A stretch of 64,000 nt of DNA from Macrostomum lignano (Eukaryota). The notes under the pieces were generated by a model that was not told the origin of the DNA, ran no database searches, and saw only the letters and a list, made by a program, of their open reading frames with translations. Within the stretch, counting starts at the first letter, position 1. Each line of letters starts with the position of its first letter. Shown here piece by piece: positions 60,006 through 64,000 of this stretch. A program made the translations under genes and the position numbers. The DNA is taken from contig NIVC01003359.1 of the NCBI GenBank assembly GCA_002269645.1, positions 1-64,000 on the forward strand, given 5' to 3'.

Positions 60006-63000
60006 TGCCAACGACTACCTGGTGTCTGCAGATCAACACCCAGCACTGCGTGGCGGCGTCGGTCAACCTGATGCGCACGGCAGAGCAACAGCTTCCGGGC
60101 CTGGTCTTCGTACAGGAGCCCTGGATGACTAAAGGTAAGCCAAATAATGTGCCATCTGGCTACCACTGTTTTTGCATGGCGGGCTCTCAGCCTCGCCCAA
60201 GATCTCTGGTCTTTGCTGCAAAAGCTTTTGAGGCATGGATGAGACCTGATCTCTCGACTGGGGACATCTGTGTTGTTCAAATCAATAACCTCATTCCCAA
60301 TAAACCTGTGCTGGTAGCTTCTGCCTATTTCCCGGGCGATGCCCCAGTTGTCTGCGACGCGTTAGTCAACCTTACTGACTATGCTGCGTCCCATCGGTTC
60401 GAGCTGCTCATTGCAGGGGATGTGAACGCACACCACCTGCATTGGGGCAGCAAGAACATCAATAGCAGAGGCGAGGAGCTGCTGGCCTATGTCAGCAGCA
60501 CTAACCTCAACTTCTGTAACGTGGGCAATGCACCAACGTTCAATAATGGGCGGTGGGCCGAAGTCATCGACACCACCATCGCCTCACCCGGACTGCTTTC
60601 CGCAGTTACGGGCTGGCGAGTGTGGGACGAGGACTCGCTCTCGGACCACCGCTTTATCCGCTTTTGCATTGGGCCGACCAAGCAAAAGCCTAAGGTCACT
60701 TGGAGTCGGAACGTCAGGAACACCGATTGGGCCGCCTTTGGCTCGAAGCTGAGCCGCGGCCTTCGGGATCTTGACCCCCCCAGTGACCTCTCTGACTGCC
60801 AGGTGGTGGACGATCTCGCCTCCTCCCTGGGCGGGGCGATCACCACTGCCTTTGAAGCAGCCTGCCCCTAAAGGCCTATAAAGGCAAAAAATCTGCTCCC
60901 TGGTGGAACCCAGAGCTCGGGGCCCTTCGGCGCCGAGCCAGGACCCTCCAAAGGCGAGCGCTCAAAACCAAAGACCCATCTGACAGAGAGGCCTATACCC
61001 GTGCGATCCACGAGTTTAAGGGCCAAGTCAGAAGGGCCAAGACGGCCAAGTGGCGCCAATATTGCGAAGGGCTTGAGGGCTCTCGCCCCGTAGCCCGCGT
61101 GGTTAAGGCACTCACTAATGACCGTTTTTCTAAACTCTCTGTTGTGAAGAGACCTGACGGCTCGGTCACAGAGAGTTCGGAAGAGACTCTAGAGCTCATG
61201 CTCAACAGTTTTTTCCCTAAATCTCCGACTCAGCAGGGCCCGCCCGACCACACAGTGGGAGGGCAAGGCCTAGCAAAGTCTATGATCACCAAAGACCGCA
61301 TTATTAGAGCGGCAAGGTCCTTTAACCCGTTCAAGGCGCCTGGGCCCGACGGCATCTACCCAGCGTTCTTGCACGAGGCGGTGAAAAACCACCGCTTCCT
61401 GGACCTGCTCTGTCGTCTCCTTCGAGCTTGTATGGAGCTGGGCTATGTACCAGTTGCATGGAGAGAGGCCCGGGTGGTCTTTATCCCCAAGCCTGGAAAG
61501 AGCGACTACCAATCGGTGAAGGCCTTCAGGCCTATCAGCCTCACTTCTTTCTGCCTCAAGCTCCTCGAGAGACTGGTGCTTTGGCGCCTACTTTCGGTCG
61601 AGCTGAAGCGCTTCCCACTCTCGCAGAACCAGCACGCCTTCCGCGCGGGCAGGTCAACCGAGAGTGCTCTCCATGTCATTGTTGACTTCCTGGAGAGGGC
61701 CGTTCTTGGCAGCGGCTTTGCCCTCTCGCTTTTCCTGGACATTGAGGGGGCCTTCGACAACGTCATCTTCGAGGCCTTTTGCAGAGCCCTGGAATCCAGG
61801 GCCACGCACCCTCACCTTGTCCGGTGGATCATGTTCATGATCCGAAACCGCACTGTTGTGGCCCACCTGAGCGGCAGCTCTCTTTCGGTGCCTGTCCTGA
61901 AAGGGGGCCCCCAGGGCGGCGTTCTCACCCCCGTTCTCTGGAACATGGTCATGGATGAGTTGCTTTGCAGTGATCTCCACGACCCCATTCTCAAGGTGGG
62001 CTATGCCGATGATGTGACCGCGATATGCGCGGGCCCCTCGGTTGATACCATCAGAGACCTTCTGCAGGGCTTTCTGGGACGAGCGGAGCGTTGGGCAGAC
62101 CAATGTGGCCTTAGACTCTCAGAGTCGAAAACCACAGCAGTCATGTTTACCAACAAACTGCTCTGGACCATTAAGCCCCTCACCCTCTATGGAAAGAATA
62201 TTTCCATGGAGAAGCAGGTCCGCTGCCTGGGCCTCACTCTGGACCACAGGCTTAACTGGACTCCGCACATTCAAACTAAAGCCAAAAAAGCCCTGGCTGT
62301 ACTGGCTCAGATCAGGCGCGCCGTGGGCACCACCTGGGGGCTCACCCCCAGGAAGCTGTGGTGGATTTACACTGCCATCATCCGCCCCTCGATCAGTTAC
62401 GCCAGCCTCGTGTGGGCTAGCGGCCTGAGCGTCAAGAGCAACCTCGACGCTCTCTACAAAATCCAGGGCAGAGCCTGCCGCATGACTATGGGCGCTCCAC
62501 CCTCTACTCCTTTTGAAGGCATGAATGCCTTCCTCTGCGCCCCTCCTTTGGATATTTATATCAAAGGAGAGGCGGCGAAGAGCACCCGGCGTCTTCTGGA
62601 TGCTGGGGTGGCCTTCAAGAAAGTGCGGGCCTTTAAGAAGCGGTCGCTTATCCCGCACTCTGACCTCTGCCTCAAGGCTCTCGAGGAGTGTGGCGGGCTC
62701 AACATCCTCACGGACTCGATCCCAGCCACCCTTCTCCTGAGCCAAAGGTATAAGGTCACCATTCAGCCTCGACACGAGGCGAGTGACAGCTGGAGCGACT
62801 CTGAAGTCCACTGTTACACTGACGGCTCTATGAGGCATGGTCTTTCAGGCTTCGGAGCTTGCGTCTTCTTCAAGGGAGAAGTGGTGTGGAGCTACTCCCA
62901 GCACACTGGGCTCAACTCCAGTGTTTTTCAGAGCGAGGTGCTTGCCATCAGCTCCTGCGCGGCAGAGCTGCGCCGAAGGCAGCTTAGCGGCCGGAAATTT

Positions 63001-63705
63001 ATTTTTCACTCTGACAGCCAAGCAGCCCTTCGGGCCCTCTGCCGCAGCACCGCCAGCTCCAGGTCCGTCCTGGACTGCAACACCCAGCTCAACGGGCTTG
63101 CGCTAGGCAACCAGGTGGAGCTCAGATGGATCCCGGGCCACGCCGGCTTCCTCGGCAACGAGCGCGCTGACCTGCTGGCCAAGGCTGGCTCCGCCGGCGC
63201 GCTATTGGGGCCGGGCCCGGGTGCCCCCATCCCCGCCTCGGTGATCAATTCCCGCGTTAAGCGCTGGGCTGACTCCGAGCATCTCCGCAGGTGGCACGAC
63301 ACCCGGAATTGTAGGCAATCCCGTGCTGCCGTCCCCTGTCCCTCTCCTCTCCTGCGTAGAGCCCTCCTCAGGCTCAACCGCAGAGACCTCAGAGCAGTTA
63401 GCATGGCCCTCTCCGGGCATGGCTGCTTCTCTCGCCACCGCTTCCTTCAGGGCCAAGTACCCGAGGAGCGGTGCCCCTTCTGCCGCTCAGGCAGTGAAAA
63501 CGCCGAGCATTTTATCTGCCACTGCCCGGTTTTCACCAGGGCCAGGCTTACTCACCTCGGGCCAAACCCGGTTCTCTCCGACGTTTGCAGGCCCGAGAGC
63601 ATCCCACTGCTCGCCCGGTACCTCAGGGACACCGGACGAGCTGATTTCTTCCCCACCGTCGGTGAGGAGGACCGCGCTGCAGGCGAGACCGACGGGTCCC
63701 CCTGA
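60002..63705 (+). CDS. E2 ORF2: AP endonuclease, RT, RNase H, CCHC; one frameshift at ~60868 (CCCC run)
   Basis: LQINTQH, VQEPW, AGDVNAHH, SDH; KAPGPDG, FRPISL, PQGGVLTP, YADD; YTDGS, SEVLAI, SDSQA, WIPGHAGFLGNERAD; CPFC..ENAEHF..C. Confidence 0.95.
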
Positions 63706-64000
63706 GCGACACCACTTCAACGGAAGTCGTTGGTCGCCAGGGGCTAGCGGAATGGGCGGTCTCCTCCGCCTCCTCGCTGCATCCGCCGGACGCCCCCTGC
63801 AGCTAAGTCAAGTCAAGTTATGATGCTGTCCCTCTATTCGCCTCTTGCTGTAATAGTCATTTCGCAGTTGCTAATATTTTTACGTTGAATTACATTTTCA
63901 TAGCTTTTTGACGTACGAGTATAAATTTGGTGCAGCCAAAGAGCCTCAAAGCGTCAGGACTTATTCGGAAGCTTGAGCATCTCTCTAAACCTGGAGGCCG

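Larger units (their letters stand above)
58039..63819 (+). mobile_element. Full-length non-LTR retrotransposon, LOA-like (family E2, divergent from E1)
   Basis: ORF1 plus ORF2 (APE-RT-RNase H-CCHC); tail AAGTCAAGTCAAGTT. Imperfect TSD candidate GTTAATGCTG (58019-28) / GTTATGATGCTG (63817-28) would place the left edge at 58029. Confidence 0.93.

Noticed and set aside
63760-63815. HDV-like words GCCUCCUCGCU and GCUAA in the 3' UTR (CCUUCCCGCU in E1)
   Set aside because: P3 and P2 cannot pair; the region folds better as the conserved three-way junction.

Overview
Eukaryotic (metazoan) genomic DNA, rich in minisatellites. The style is reminiscent of a flatworm assembly such as Macrostomum, but this is an unverified inference. 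Mobile elements: one intact Ty1/copia LTR retrotransposon (5253-9915); two full-length, divergent LOA-like non-LTR retrotransposons with APE-RT-RNase H (10379-16278 and ~58039-63819); a mariner fragment; two MITE-like inverted-repeat elements; and a probable tRNA-derived SINE. Host genes: the 3' part of a globin, a two-exon CHERP homologue, an NCS-like EF-hand gene, a ~6 kb low-complexity ORF and two small orphan ORFs. Many ORFs are broken by single-base (mostly -1) frameshifts, probably consensus errors. Main result: comparing the two LINE families by eye shows a shared, covarying RNA architecture. Each begins with a predicted HDV-like self-cleaving ribozyme with an atypical L3 (UACUCGU) and a long structured J1/2. 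Each also has a conserved downstream domain whose loop is complementary to L3, a UGAUG stop-start at the end of ORF1, and a conserved 3' three-way junction before an (AAGTY)n tail. All folds were done by hand and are untested.
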